NCBI GenBank assembly: GCA_001821555.1
Contig: MHMM01000004.1
Span: 47,525-111,524 of the forward strand
Direction: 5' to 3'
DNA length: 64,000 nt
Origin: Candidatus Nealsonbacteria bacterium RIFOXYB1_FULL_40_15
GTDB lineage: Bacteria > Patescibacteriota > Minisyncoccia > Minisyncoccales > GWA2-38-27
Shown here piece after piece: positions 27,402 to 36,739 of the stretch. Every line of letters starts with the position of its first letter. The first letter of the stretch is position 1. The notes under the pieces were generated by a model. It was not told the DNA's origin. It saw only the letters and a list, made by a program, of their open reading frames with translations, and did no database searches. The position numbers were made by a program, and so were the translations under genes.

Positions 27402-28526
27402 TTAATCCTGGACACAGATAAGCTTCTGTTCAGAATTACAATACTTTCCGATATAGGGAGAAAAGGATTCCTGGCTTATACCTATTCCAAACCCCCCGAG
27501 AGCTACAGCATAAGTAAACTCTCCCGTAGGCGTATAGCAGGATGCAAAAGAGCTGTCAAGCTTAATTTCAGGAGAATATCCTGGAACATTTTTCGCTCCT
27601 TGGGTCCAGTTCTGGCAACAGCTGGAATAGCTGTATTTCTCCTTCAGAGAAGCAAAGTTAGCATCTACAAAAAGACAATTCTTCTTGGTCTTTGAATCAA
27701 TCCTGCCTAACCAAACGTTAGAAAGGTCCGAATAAAAAGAATCTTCCAGCTTTTCTTTATTTAGAATTTCAGATCCTGCGATCCTGGCTAAAAACTGTTC
27801 AAAACTATTTCCGATCAGCCTGTGGCAAGTAGCCCCCCTCAAAAGATTTGAAGACGGACTTGCCTCCACGAAAATTCCATCTTTGCTCTTGAGTCTTGCA
27901 ACCGCAGTTTCTTCATCCTTTTCTCCTCCCAAAAAAGCAACCCATTTGCCTTCGTATCCCAGTTTTTCAGCTGATTCCTGGCATTTCTTATCCGCCCCCT
28001 CAAGCCCTTCTAAATTACCGCTAAAAGATTCGGGGGTTATGAAAAGGAACCGGACGCCGGGCAAATCGCTGGGAAGATAAGGCCATTCGTTCTGGACCGA
28101 AAGAGCATCACAGCTTGAAAGTTCAGGATATGTTATGCTCAAAGAACCGTCAGAATAATCTATTTTACTTCCTTTTCTCCATGGATAGTCAAAAACAGCA
28201 ATCCAAAAATTAGCTCCGTATGCGTGTCCCGGCTGTATAGTCCACTGATAGCTTCCATCTGAAGCATTGAGATTTTCAGCTATCCATTCGGGCTCCTCTC
28301 CGTTAAAAAGCACTATCCCTATTTTATCCACTCCCCTTGAACTCCATTTGATTTCGTAGGTCTTCCCTATCTCTAAAACCTCCCTTCCGTTAGGAGAGAC
28401 TAATAAGACTTTTTTTGAAGCATAGCCAAAGAAGATATAGAAAGCTATGGCTAGGATAACCAGAATCCCAATTATTAATATCAAGAATAGGCCTTTTTCA
28501 AACGGAAACTTTTTTTGTTCATCCAT
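27402..28526 (-). CDS. Hypothetical Cys-rich secreted/membrane-anchored protein
   Basis: 374 aa with an N-terminal TM and many Cys in the C-terminal half. No family recognised. Confidence 0.45.
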   Translation of the reverse strand: MDEQKKFPFEKGLFLILIIGILVILAIAFYIFFGYASKKVLLVSPNGREVLEIGKTYEIKWSSRGVDKIGIVLFNGEEPEWIAENLNASDGSYQWTIQPGHAYGANFWIAVFDYPWRKGSKIDYSDGSLSITYPELSSCDALSVQNEWPYLPSDLPGVRFLFITPESFSGNLEGLEGADKKCQESAEKLGYEGKWVAFLGGEKDEETAVARLKSKDGIFVEASPSSNLLRGATCHRLIGNSFEQFLARIAGSEILNKEKLEDSFYSDLSNVWLGRIDSKTKKNCLFVDANFASLKEKYSYSSCCQNWTQGAKNVPGYSPEIKLDSSFASCYTPTGEFTYAVALGGFGIGISQESFSPYIGKYCNSEQKLICVQD

Positions 28527-28527
28527 A

Positions 28528-29118
28528 TTATTTTTTACAAGTAAAATTTATTGAAGACCGCATTTTATTTACCGCCTCTCTAGCAGAATAATCTTTTGAA
28601 AACTCAAAAAGAGCAATTTTAAGATCTTTAGTGAGGCAGTTTTCATTCCAGCAGGGGTATCCCTGCTGTTTGTCTAATGTTTTTCTGTTTTCCAAAAGCT
28701 GGATATCCAATACTTCAAAGCTGTTTTCTTTCCCGCACAAAACAGAATAAATAACAGATTTTGAGGGGCTTTTTTTATCTTTAAAGTTCCACGGGCCGGA
28801 AAAATAATAACCGCCTATTTCTATAAACTCCGGGGGAGCAGGAAATTTCCCCATCGGAGATTCAGGAAACTCTCCCGAAACGGGGGGCGGATTAAATATC
28901 TCACCTTTTTTTACCAGATAAGTAACGCCGGAGAATGCCAAAAAAGCCAAGGAAAGAATTATAATTTGAAAAACAGACTTTAAGATTGTTTCCCGCCCCC
29001 TTTCCTGGTCTTTAAGTATCAAATAGATATACGCGGCCCAAAGAAAGTAGACAAAAATAAACAAAAGAGCCAGGCCGAAAACAAACAAAGGAATAAAAGC
29101 CAGAATAGCCGATGCCAT
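28528..29118 (-). CDS. Hypothetical membrane protein
   Basis: 196 aa with two N-terminal TM helices. Adjacent to the preceding ORF. Confidence 0.4.
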   Translation of the reverse strand: MASAILAFIPLFVFGLALLFIFVYFLWAAYIYLILKDQERGRETILKSVFQIIILSLAFLAFSGVTYLVKKGEIFNPPPVSGEFPESPMGKFPAPPEFIEIGGYYFSGPWNFKDKKSPSKSVIYSVLCGKENSFEVLDIQLLENRKTLDKQQGYPCWNENCLTKDLKIALFEFSKDYSAREAVNKMRSSINFTCKK

Positions 29119-29162
29119 TAGAAAATTATATCAAAACAAAGAAAGAATAGCACTGTTAATAA

Positions 29163-30092
29163 TTACTTGAGATATGCCCTCCTGGCTTTCTCGTGCTCTG
29201 AAAAATTCTTGCTGAAAATAGTTTCTCCTTCCGGAGTTGAAAGATAAAACCAATAATCTGAATCTTCAGGGTAAACAGCTGCCAAAATGCTCTCTAATCC
29301 CGGACTGCATATGGGTCCGGGCGGAAGCCCTTTGTATTTATAAGTGTTATAGGGAGAATCTATCGCAAGCTCTTCTTTGGTAAGCTGACTGCTCTTTCTG
29401 CCGGTTGCATAGCATACTGTCGCGTCAACCTGAAGCCTCATTCCGGCTTCAATTCTTTTCCAAAGAAGTCCTGAAACCAATTTTTTATCTTCAAGAGTTC
29501 TTACTTCCTTCTCAAGCAACGAGGCCATAATAACTATTTCAGAGAGAGGCCTTTTTGCATCTTTTTTCATCTCTTCTGAAAACTTTGAGTTGAAATTAGA
29601 TTGCATCTTCAGGACAATATCTTCCAGCCCGTCCTCCGGGCTTATCTCGTATGTGTCGGGAAAAAGGTAGCCCTCGAGGCCGGGATCTATCTCTCCCTCT
29701 ATCCCTTTTTCCTTAAGATGCTCTGAGATATCCCTTAGATTCCATCCTTCAATCACTGTTATGGTTTTCTTTATTCTTTCTCCCAGAGAGAATTTATTTA
29801 AGATCTCAGGGACTGCCATTGAAGAAGAAACTGCGTATTCCCCTGCCTTGATATTTTCCGATTTTCCCATAATAACGGCGTAAAGAATAAAAAACATTTT
29901 GTTTTTTATCAAACCTCTTTCTTCAAGGTTCTCAGCCACTCTGCTCAAGCTTTCTCCCCTTCTAACCAAAAAAGGTTCTTCTTCTTTAGAAGAAGCGTTT
30001 TGGGGCAGATATATTCCCTGAAAAACAAAAATAAAAGAAAAAAGTATTATCGCTAAAACCAGAATAAGATATTTTTTCATTTTTCTTTCCAA
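29163..30092 (-). CDS. mltG: Endolytic murein transglycosylase MltG (YceG family)
   Basis: 309 aa with an N-terminal TM, a LysM-like region (RRGESLSRVAENL) and a YceG catalytic region (KAGEYAVSSSM...YNTYKYKGLPPGPICSPG). Confidence 0.75.
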   Translation of the reverse strand: MERKMKKYLILVLAIILFSFIFVFQGIYLPQNASSKEEEPFLVRRGESLSRVAENLEERGLIKNKMFFILYAVIMGKSENIKAGEYAVSSSMAVPEILNKFSLGERIKKTITVIEGWNLRDISEHLKEKGIEGEIDPGLEGYLFPDTYEISPEDGLEDIVLKMQSNFNSKFSEEMKKDAKRPLSEIVIMASLLEKEVRTLEDKKLVSGLLWKRIEAGMRLQVDATVCYATGRKSSQLTKEELAIDSPYNTYKYKGLPPGPICSPGLESILAAVYPEDSDYWFYLSTPEGETIFSKNFSEHEKARRAYLK

Positions 30093-30099
30093 AAGATCA

Positions 30100-30588
30100 T
30101 CAGACTTTAAGGGAGGGATTCTTGAATTTCAGCTTTATTCTTTTTAATAAATTCAGTCTGTCAAAGAAAAGTGTTCCGTTCAAGTGATCTATCTCGTGCT
30201 GTAAAATCCTTGCTAAAAGCCCTTTCGCCTTTATCTCAACTATATTCCCTCCAAGGTCTAGTCCTTTAACAAAGACTTCTTTGGATCTTTTGATTTCCAG
30301 GTATATTCCCGGAAAGCTCAAGCATCCCTCTGCGTCCTCTGCTTTTTCCCTGCTTTTTTTTATTATTTTAGGATTAATCAAAGCCAAAACAGACTCCTTT
30401 AGGTGGTCTGACTCAAAGACTATGATTCTTTTTAGAATTCCGACTTGGGGGCCTGCCAGGCCGACTCCCTGCCCTTCCTTCATAATAGAAAACATATCCG
30501 AAGCGATTTTTCTTATCTCTTCGTCTATTTTCTTAACCTTTATGGCCCTTTTCCTCAAGACAGGATCATTAAATTTCCTTATTTCCAT
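30100..30588 (-). CDS. def: Peptide deformylase
   Basis: Motifs GVGLAGPQVG, EGCLSFPG and QHEIDHLNG are all present. Confidence 0.9.
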   Translation of the reverse strand: MEIRKFNDPVLRKRAIKVKKIDEEIRKIASDMFSIMKEGQGVGLAGPQVGILKRIIVFESDHLKESVLALINPKIIKKSREKAEDAEGCLSFPGIYLEIKRSKEVFVKGLDLGGNIVEIKAKGLLARILQHEIDHLNGTLFFDRLNLLKRIKLKFKNPSLKV

Positions 30589-30631
30589 ACTTCTATTCTA
30601 AAACAAAAAACAACCCCTAGCAAGGACTGTT

Positions 30632-31177
30632 TTATTCTACAACGAAGACTGCGGCGGCAACAACAGTAGTCCAAAGCCCGTCTTTATTTCCTTCAGCGGA
30701 CTGGCAGATATTAGTGGTCCTAAAGATGTGCCCGGATGCCTTGTAAATCTGCTCTCTTTCTTCCCAGGCCTTGGCAGAATCAAACTCTACTCCCAGAGTA
30801 GTTGCAAGCATTGTAGCTGCCAGATCCTCGGCATATTCTCCAGATAACTCTGCTTTTTCTCCAAAAGCATGATGTTCTGAAAGATATCCGTATCTATCCG
30901 TTTCTTTTGGAACAGCTACTCCTATGGCCGAAGATATGAGTCTGTTTGGTTCGTTTGTGTCGTTTCTGGCCATTACCGTAAAGACTATCTGCCCGGCATT
31001 AAGATGCTTTAATCCTTCCTCTCTTGAAACTGTTTTGCAATTTGGAGGAAGAATGCTTGAAACAGAAACCAGATTGAACTTTTCTATCCCCGCATTCCTT
31101 AACGCAGATTCAAAAGAAGCCAAACGATCTTTATTCACGCCAGCTCCCTTGGTAAAGAATACTTTTGTAGGCACCAT
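30632..31177 (-). CDS. pdaD: Pyruvoyl-dependent arginine decarboxylase (start re-set to MVPTKVFF)
   Basis: [47 protein letters not shown] matches the PvlArgDC N-terminus, including the SS self-cleavage site. Confidence 0.75.
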   Translation of the reverse strand: MVPTKVFFTKGAGVNKDRLASFESALRNAGIEKFNLVSVSSILPPNCKTVSREEGLKHLNAGQIVFTVMARNDTNEPNRLISSAIGVAVPKETDRYGYLSEHHAFGEKAELSGEYAEDLAATMLATTLGVEFDSAKAWEEREQIYKASGHIFRTTNICQSAEGNKDGLWTTVVAAAVFVVE

Positions 31178-31182
31178 ATATT

Positions 31183-31419
31183 TTAATCTCTTTTTTCTAC
31201 TATTATAGTGCAATTGGCCACTAATGCAACAACTGTTCCAATTGCCGCCCACACTGGAAGCAAGGCAGCTCCCACGACTCCTATAGTCAAGGGAATTTCA
31301 ATCAGAGTATTCCCCTTTTCATTCTGGATTATAATTCTCCTTACGTTGCCCTCTTTTACAAGAGCTTTGATTTTCTTAAGAACCTCCTGCCCTGAAACTT
31401 TGAATTCTTCTTTTTTCAT
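31183..31419 (-). CDS. Small conserved hypothetical protein (DUF4342-like)
   Basis: 78 aa containing [38 protein letters not shown]. Confidence 0.45.
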   Translation of the reverse strand: MKKEEFKVSGQEVLKKIKALVKEGNVRRIIIQNEKGNTLIEIPLTIGVVGAALLPVWAAIGTVVALVANCTIIVEKRD

Positions 31420-31447
31420 AATGTAATTTAGTCGCCTTCACAAACCT

Positions 31448-31519
31448 GTTGGCGGGCTTTGCCTCGCCGAAGCCGAGCGAAGCCCGCCTACGCCCTGGCG
31501 GGCTTCGGCGAGGCGAAGG
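31448..31519 (-). repeat. GC-rich (about 70% GC) compound palindrome immediately 3' of tRNA-Trp
   Basis: Contains GGCGGGCTT...AAGCCCGCC and GCCTCGCCGAAGCC / GGCTTCGGCGAGGC pairings. It carries the GCGAAGGCGG core also seen at 27268 and 60347. It probably acts as a terminator or processing structure. Confidence 0.55.
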
Positions 31520-31591
31520 CGGGGATGCTAGGACTCGAACCTAGAACAAAGGTTTTGGAGACCTGTATGATGCCAATTTCACCACATCCCC
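31520..31591 (-). tRNA. tRNA-Trp (anticodon CCA)
   Basis: Reverse complement GGGGATGTGGTGAAATTGGCATCATACAGGTCTCCAAAACCTTTGTTCTAGGTTCGAGTCCTAGCATCCCCG, with anticodon loop CTCCAAA. Confidence 0.8.
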
Positions 31592-31659
31592 GTATTGTAA
31601 ATATAACACAAAAGCCCCTTACTTTTCAACAATTCAAGGTAAGAGACTGTTCTTGGAAC

Positions 31660-31830
31660 TTATTTCTTGGCCTCTTTGTGCGGGGTATGCTTTCTGCAAG
31701 TATTGCAAAACTTCTTGAGCTCCAGCTTCTTCTTTTCTTCGTCCAAACCCTTTGACCTGTTAGTAAAGTAGTTTATCTCTTTGCATTCCTTGCACTGCAT
31801 CTTTGTAAACGGTTTCTTTTTCTTTGCCAT
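31660..31830 (-). CDS. rpmG: 50S ribosomal protein L33 (not in the ORF track; 55 aa)
   Basis: Hand translation gives MAKKKKPFTKMQCKECKEINYFTNRSKGLDEEKKKLELKKFCNTCRKHTPHKEAKK, which has the four-Cys zinc ribbon and the conserved bL33 pattern. It sits in the classical tRNA-Thr/tRNA-Tyr...rpmG-tRNA-Trp context. Confidence 0.85.
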   Translation of the reverse strand: MAKKKKPFTKMQCKECKEINYFTNRSKGLDEEKKKLELKKFCNTCRKHTPHKEAKK

Positions 31831-31850
31831 ATTATTTTTATTAATTTTGA

Positions 31851-31924
31851 GCCTGAGGGCGGAGTTGAACCGCCGACCTCGTCATTACCAATGACGTGCT
31901 CTAACCGTCTGAGCTACCCAGGCA
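31851..31924 (-). tRNA. tRNA-Thr (anticodon GGT)
   Basis: Reverse complement GCCTGGGTAGCTCAGACGGTTAGAGCACGTCATTGGTAATGACGAGGTCGGCGGTTCAACTCCGCCCTCAGGCT, with anticodon loop TTGGTAA. Confidence 0.8.
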
Positions 31925-31930
31925 AGATGT

Positions 31931-32012
31931 GGGCAGGGCAGGATTTGCACCTGCGAAGGCCGAAGCCGACTCTTTTACAGAGAGTCCGGTTTGTCTACTT
32001 CCGTACCTACCC
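31931..32012 (-). tRNA. tRNA-Tyr (anticodon GTA), long variable arm
   Basis: Reverse complement GGGTAGGTACGGAAGTAGACAAACCGGACTCTCTGTAAAAGAGTCGGCTTCGGCCTTCGCAGGTGCAAATCCTGCCCTGCCCA. It lies 6 nt upstream of tRNA-Thr. Confidence 0.8.
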
Positions 32013-32613
32013 TATTATTAACCATCTCTTCTATCCATTTATTAATTTGAAGAAGCAACTTTTTATCCGAATACCTTATATGCGCCAACCCATACTTCAT
32101 TTCTCTTTTTTTCTCTATAGAAAAATCCTTTCTAATATATGGTTTAACAAACTGAGACAAAGGAATTTTTGTCAAATTAGCCCAGTATTTCTTTATTTCC
32201 GCTATGTCTTGGTCCGCATAACAATATAAATGAACTCTTAAACGTTCTTCGTCCACGCCACATATTTTCCTTAAAAATTCTAAGAATAATCTTATCATTC
32301 TAGAATCGCTATTGCAAAAATCTACTGACGAAAACCCATTCAAGCTTTTGCTCCCTTCCGCCCAATATAGCATAATCCCAGCTATTTTCAATTCTTTTTC
32401 GAAAAAAGACAACTTTTTCTTCGCTGAAAAAGATAAAGACTTGCTATTAAAAACAACCGCGTTGGCTTCGCTAAAGCTTCTTCTGCGAAGATTTTTTCTT
32501 TTCATAAAGCTCAAAACGGCCCAAGACGAAACCCCCAATTTCTTGCCTACATCCGCAGCACTAAGGTTTTCTTGGTAATACAGTTTTTTGATTGCTTTTT
32601 CAGACAAGCTCAC
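31975..32613 (-). CDS. Putative HTH plus LAGLIDADG-like (homing-endonuclease-like) protein; 3' end overlaps tRNA-Tyr
   Basis: 212 aa with an N-terminal HTH (LSAADVGKKLGVSSWAVLSFMKR) and a LAGLIDADG-like block (ELKIAGIMLYWAEGSKS). The last 12 codons are read from the tRNA-Tyr gene sequence, so the true C-terminus is uncertain. Confidence 0.35.
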   Translation of the reverse strand: MSLSEKAIKKLYYQENLSAADVGKKLGVSSWAVLSFMKRKNLRRRSFSEANAVVFNSKSLSFSAKKKLSFFEKELKIAGIMLYWAEGSKSLNGFSSVDFCNSDSRMIRLFLEFLRKICGVDEERLRVHLYCYADQDIAEIKKYWANLTKIPLSQFVKPYIRKDFSIEKKREMKYGLAHIRYSDKKLLLQINKWIEEMVNNRVGTEVDKPDSL

Positions 32614-32628
32614 GGTATTTAAAGATTG

Positions 32629-33294
32629 CTAGCCAGCAATAATCTTGCAATGCTTTTTCCTCCACTCTTCTATCTTTTTATGGTCTCCGGACAAAAGAAC
32701 TTTTGGAACCATCCACTTCTCTTTTCCCATTTCAAACACTTCGGGCCTGGTATATTGGGCGCACTCAATAAATCCCTTGCTTTTCGTCGTTCTTTCTTTT
32801 ATCATTTTCTGTTTTCCCAATACTCCCGGAACAAGCCTTAGGACAGATTCTGCCACCACCATAGCGGGAATTTCTCCCCCCATAAGAACATAGTCTCCTA
32901 TCGAAAGTTCGATATCAGCTATTTTCTTAGCCACCCTTTCGTCTACTCCCTCATATCTTCCGCATATCATAATCAGATGATCTAACTTTGAAAACTTTGT
33001 TGCCGTTTTTTGATCGTATTTCTTCCCGCGAGGAGTAAATAGAATCACTTTTGATTCTTTTCTTTTAAGATCTTTGACTGCTTTAAAAATGGGCTCTATT
33101 TTCATCACCATTCCAAACCCCCCTCCAAAGGGTTTATCATCCACTGTTCTGCGCTTATTTTCGGTCCATTTCCTCAAATCATGGATGTTTATTCCAACAA
33201 TCCCCTTTTCTACCGCTTTCCTGATAAGACTTTCTGAAAAATAGGAATCAAATATTTTTGGAAATATGGTTATAATATCTATCTTCATAAACAA
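32629..33294 (-). CDS. trmD: tRNA (guanine37-N1)-methyltransferase TrmD
   Basis: MKIDIITIFP...KPFGGGFGMVMKIEP...ELSIGDYVLMGGEIPAMVV carries the SPOUT knot motifs. Confidence 0.9.
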   Translation of the reverse strand: MFMKIDIITIFPKIFDSYFSESLIRKAVEKGIVGINIHDLRKWTENKRRTVDDKPFGGGFGMVMKIEPIFKAVKDLKRKESKVILFTPRGKKYDQKTATKFSKLDHLIMICGRYEGVDERVAKKIADIELSIGDYVLMGGEIPAMVVAESVLRLVPGVLGKQKMIKERTTKSKGFIECAQYTRPEVFEMGKEKWMVPKVLLSGDHKKIEEWRKKHCKIIAG

Positions 33295-33344
33295 ACAATG
33301 CTACTATTTTAAAATAGTAGCACTGTTTTTGAGATTCGTAAATC

Positions 33345-33653
33345 TTATAGCTTAAGGTCTTCTAGCCCTTCAGAAGCTCTCTTTTCTTGAGAAGGTCTTC
33401 CGCCCTCGGGCTCTTCGATCTTCAAATTCACTCTGGCCTGATTTTTCAAGCCCACGATGCGAACCAAAGTTCTTATTGCTCTAGCGGTAGAACCGGATCG
33501 GCCGATAACCTGTCCCATGTCCTCTGGGTTTACTTTCAAAGAAAGCAATACTCCCATTTCATCGACTTTTCTGTCGATTTTGACATCTTCGGGATGATCA
33601 ACCAATGCCTTTATGATAAACTCAAGAAATTCCTTGTCGTTTTCTGTTGCCAT
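33345..33653 (-). CDS. KH-domain RNA-binding protein (YlqC/UPF0109 family)
   Basis: KH motif VIGRSGSTARAIRTLV. It occupies the conserved position between rpsP and trmD. Confidence 0.75.
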   Translation of the reverse strand: MATENDKEFLEFIIKALVDHPEDVKIDRKVDEMGVLLSLKVNPEDMGQVIGRSGSTARAIRTLVRIVGLKNQARVNLKIEEPEGGRPSQEKRASEGLEDLKL

Positions 33654-33741
33654 TTCGGTGTTAAATCAATTCCATTAGAGTAGCCCGACCTTTCCCGATG
33701 GAAAGCTACTATTTGTGATTATACTCTCTAAAAACATCCTG

Positions 33742-34110
33742 TCAATCTTTTTTTTCTTCGCTTTTTTCGGGTGTTTCTTTCGGCTGATCATTTGCGGGCG
33801 ATTCTTTTTTGCCAGAATCCTGGGATGCTGGCTGTTCTTTCTTGCTTTTTTTATGAGACTCTATCTTTTCTCCCTTAACTATCTTTTCCTCCACAAGCAT
33901 ATTATGGACAGTGTCGGAGGCCTTAGCCCCTTTTGAAATCCAGCTCTTTATCTTTTCCTGATCAAGAATTCTTTTTTTCGTCAATGGATTCCAGGATCCA
34001 ACCTCATCCACAAAACGCCCTCCCTTGGGAGCATTTCTCCTATCTGTCACCACAACCTTGTAAGAAGGCTGGTTTTTTCTGCCTATTCTCAACAATCTTA
34101 TTTCCAACAT
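33742..34110 (-). CDS. rpsP: 30S ribosomal protein S16 (with Lys/Glu-rich C-terminal extension)
   Basis: MLEIRLLRIGRKNQPSYKVVVTDRRNAPKGGRFVDEVGSWNPL. Confidence 0.9.
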   Translation of the reverse strand: MLEIRLLRIGRKNQPSYKVVVTDRRNAPKGGRFVDEVGSWNPLTKKRILDQEKIKSWISKGAKASDTVHNMLVEEKIVKGEKIESHKKSKKEQPASQDSGKKESPANDQPKETPEKSEEKKD

Positions 34111-34111
34111 A

Positions 34112-34834
34112 TTACCAATTTTTAATTTCTAATGCTTTTTCTGCTGCTTTTTCTTCTGCTTCCTGCTTTGAATATCCCTTTCCCTTGGCCACGAGCTTTT
34201 CGTTCAAAAAAACTCCGACTATAAAGGTTTTCTCGTGATCCGGACCCCATTCTTCAAGAACATTGTAAGCGGGCGTAATTCCTCTTTTCTCCTGGGCTTC
34301 TTCCTGAAATTTTGACTTTGCGTCTTTGAAAAGCTTCTCTTTTATAATCCTCGGAAGCTCTACAAGCAAGTTTTCAGAAATGAAATTCCTGCATATTTCC
34401 ATTCCCTGATCCAGATAAAGGCTTCCTATAAACGATTCAAAGGTGTTTGCAAGAATATACTGTCTTGCCTTTCCTTCTTCTTTTATTTCTCCCGCAGAAA
34501 GAAGAAGATAACTGTTGAATCCAAGCTCTTTGGCTTTCTCTGAGAGAATTTTAGCGTTTACCAGAGCCGCTCTCCAGCTTGTGAGCTCGCCCTCCGATCT
34601 CTCCGGATTTTCTTTAAAAAGGACCTCTGTCACTATATGCTCTAAGACCGCGTCTCCCAAAAATTCAAGTCTTTCATTGTTTCCTAGCGGAAACTCCGGG
34701 TTCTCATTCAAAAACGATCTGTGGATAAAAGCCTGGATAAGAAGATCTTTGTTGCTAAAGCATACCCTTAAAGAATCTTCAAGACTTTTGAATTTTTCTT
34801 TCAAATCTTCTTTGTTCATTTCGCAAAAGAGCAA
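34112..34834 (-). CDS. rnc: Ribonuclease III
   Basis: RNase III signature ERLEFLGDAVLEHIVTEVLF plus a C-terminal dsRBD. Confidence 0.9.
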   Translation of the reverse strand: MLFCEMNKEDLKEKFKSLEDSLRVCFSNKDLLIQAFIHRSFLNENPEFPLGNNERLEFLGDAVLEHIVTEVLFKENPERSEGELTSWRAALVNAKILSEKAKELGFNSYLLLSAGEIKEEGKARQYILANTFESFIGSLYLDQGMEICRNFISENLLVELPRIIKEKLFKDAKSKFQEEAQEKRGITPAYNVLEEWGPDHEKTFIVGVFLNEKLVAKGKGYSKQEAEEKAAEKALEIKNW

Positions 34835-34848
34835 AGAATAGAAAATAA

Positions 34849-35295
34849 TTATTCTTTATTTTCTATTTTCTGATCTTTGGTTAATTCGTTGTAAACTGTG
34901 CCCAATACTCCGTTTATAAACTTGCCGGAACTTTCTCCTCCAAAGCTCTTTGCAAGCTCTATGGCCTCATTTATAGCTACCTTCGGAGGAACTTCTTCTT
35001 TATTCTCGTAGATAAGCTCAAACAATCCCAGCCGTAACACATTCCTATCAACTATGGTTATCTGCTCCAGCGGCCATTCTGGAGCCGCCTTCACTATTAT
35101 ATCATCAATTTCTTTCATATGGGCCACTACTCCGTTGACCAGCTGCCAGACAAAATCCTTATTCTCAAGACCGGGGCCGAATTCTTCAATGTTTCTCGCT
35201 ACAATGCCCTCAAGGACCTGCGGCTTTTTCCCGTTAAAGTCCCATTCATAGAGACTCTGCATTACTATTGATCTTGAAAGGTGTCGAGAGGCCAT
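34849..35295 (-). CDS. nusB: Transcription antitermination factor NusB (start re-set to MASRHL)
   Basis: NusB fold motifs [14 protein letters not shown]...[19 protein letters not shown]. The track start at 35331 would overlap rpmF. Confidence 0.75.
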   Translation of the reverse strand: MASRHLSRSIVMQSLYEWDFNGKKPQVLEGIVARNIEEFGPGLENKDFVWQLVNGVVAHMKEIDDIIVKAAPEWPLEQITIVDRNVLRLGLFELIYENKEEVPPKVAINEAIELAKSFGGESSGKFINGVLGTVYNELTKDQKIENKE

Positions 35296-35299
35296 ATGT

Positions 35300-35575
35300 T
35301 TACTGCTTTTGAGACAAGGCCTCTGCTCCAAGGGGCTTTTCTTTCTCTTTTTCGGCCATCTCCTTTTCTTTGGCCTTTTTCTCTTTCTTCGTAAGCTTTG
35401 CCATCACATCTATCATTTCTCTTCCTTTGTAATACCCGCACCAGTTGCACAGCTTATGAGGCAAAACAGCCCTGCCGCACTTAGGACAAACTGAAAGGGC
35501 GGGCTTTTCCAGATAAAGATGCATTCTCTTATTCCTCTGTCTGGATTTTGAACGATGCTGTTTTGGTACTGCCAT
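35300..35575 (-). CDS. rpmF: 50S ribosomal protein L32 (with charged C-terminal extension; start re-set to MAVPKQ)
   Basis: [19 protein letters not shown]...[22 protein letters not shown], the bL32 zinc-ribbon pattern. Confidence 0.8.
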   Translation of the reverse strand: MAVPKQHRSKSRQRNKRMHLYLEKPALSVCPKCGRAVLPHKLCNWCGYYKGREMIDVMAKLTKKEKKAKEKEMAEKEKEKPLGAEALSQKQ

Positions 35576-35596
35576 AATATTGTTAATATACACTAA

Positions 35597-36232
35597 CTAG
35601 TGAAATAAATCAAGCCCTCTGCAAAAAGATTTTCTGTGGATTCTGCACAACCCGTAAGTTTTAATCGCCTGCCTATGGAACAAAGTAGGATATCCTTTGT
35701 GGATTTGAAAACCGTATTCAGGATATTTCTTGCCCGATAATTTCATCATCCTGTCTCTTGTAACCTTGGCAATTATTGAAGAGCAGGAAATAGAAAAAAC
35801 CTTCTCGTCCCCCTTTATTATGCTTTTTTGCATAGTTTCGGATTTTATACTGAAGTTCCCGTCCAGAAGAATAAAGTCCAAAGGAAATGCAATCTTCTTT
35901 TCAAGATTCTTTGCTGCTTTTTCCATCGCAAGCTTGGAGGCCTCAAGAATGTTTATTTTGTCTATGACTTTTTCTGAAACAATGCCTATCCCCCATCTTG
36001 AATTCTTGTCTTCTTTCAAAGACTCAAAGGCTTCCTCCCTTTGTTTTTCAGATAATTGCTTTGAGTCTCTTATAACAGCCCCTGGCTTGAATTTTACAGG
36101 GTCAAGTATGCAGAAACAGCAAGCAATGACAGGGCCAGCCAGAGGACCTCTTCCCGCTTCGTCCATTCCCCCGATTATTCTATGCCCTTTTTTCCAAAGC
36201 TTCTTTTCTTCTTTTAGGGTGGGATATTTCAT
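35597..36232 (-). CDS. rnhB: Ribonuclease HII
   Basis: GGMDEAGRGPLAGPVIAC active-site motif and overall RNase HII pattern. Confidence 0.85.
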   Translation of the reverse strand: MKYPTLKEEKKLWKKGHRIIGGMDEAGRGPLAGPVIACCFCILDPVKFKPGAVIRDSKQLSEKQREEAFESLKEDKNSRWGIGIVSEKVIDKINILEASKLAMEKAAKNLEKKIAFPLDFILLDGNFSIKSETMQKSIIKGDEKVFSISCSSIIAKVTRDRMMKLSGKKYPEYGFQIHKGYPTLFHRQAIKTYGLCRIHRKSFCRGLDLFH

Positions 36233-36339
36233 ACTTGGATTTTAACACAAGCAAGAAAAGTAAGCTAAATTTACTTATGCTAGGATTAGTTTTGCACAGG
36301 AGGTATTGACAGGGGCGCTTGAAGGTGATAACTATAATA

Positions 36340-36700
36340 CTAGCACAGTTTCGTTCTCAACCTGACACGCGCAGCACAGAGGCCGTAGAGCCATTTTATG
36401 AAAGGGCCTATATGCAGTATTACTCTGGATTCGTCTAGCGTAAAACAGGGACAGCGATCTCGTTCGGTAGAATCATCCGAAACCCACAAGGAGATAGGAT
36501 GAAGCAAGCCATTCGCCGTCGACGTCGTCAACTCGCGAAGAGGTCACCATTGGAGAGGCCACCGCCCTAGGAGGATTGAGAACTCAAATTTTTTTCCCTG
36601 TGCTGAGCACAGGATGGGCTATACAGATAGCCCGACAAAAATGAGCCCCCAGTTTTGGGTGAATTCAAATTCATCTAAAAGCGGGGGCTATTTTTTATTT
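36340..36700 (+). ncRNA. Candidate structured non-coding RNA / long structured leader upstream of dnaE (identity unresolved)
   Basis: A 360-nt segment with locally high GC, up to about 60% in GCCATTCGCCGTCGACGTCGTCAACTCGCGAAGAGGTCACCATTGGAGAGGCCACCGCCCTAGGAGG. There is no credible ORF. A -10-like TATAAT lies at 36334-36339, with TTGACA 22 nt upstream. It ends in a compound hairpin AGCCCCC...GGGGGCT followed by TATTTTTTATTT (36644-36700). The ORF-track dnaE N-terminal extension (36614-36739) is read from this region and is rejected. Confidence 0.3.
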
Positions 36701-36739
36701 ATTTGCCTAAAAAAGCCTAAAAAGCTACAATGGCCTATT

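Noticed and set aside
31459-31755. 98-aa plus-strand ORF
   Set aside because: Antisense to tRNA-Trp, the GC-rich palindrome and rpmG, and composed of their reverse-complement sequence.
31891-32229. 112-aa plus-strand ORF
   Set aside because: Antisense to tRNA-Thr, tRNA-Tyr and the HTH/LAGLIDADG-like ORF.
36340-36700. tmRNA (ssrA) identity for the structured region upstream of dnaE
   Set aside because: I could not find a tRNA-like 3' end (T-arm GGTTCGA..CCACCA) or a tag reading frame ending in ...AA-stop. Only weak 5' resemblance (UCUGGAUUCG). Left as unidentified ncRNA.
36614-36739. ORF-track N-terminal extension of dnaE (MGYTDSPTKMSPQFWVNS...)
   Set aside because: It overlaps an intrinsic terminator and the structured GC-rich segment. 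The conserved PHP domain begins at the internal Met at 36740.
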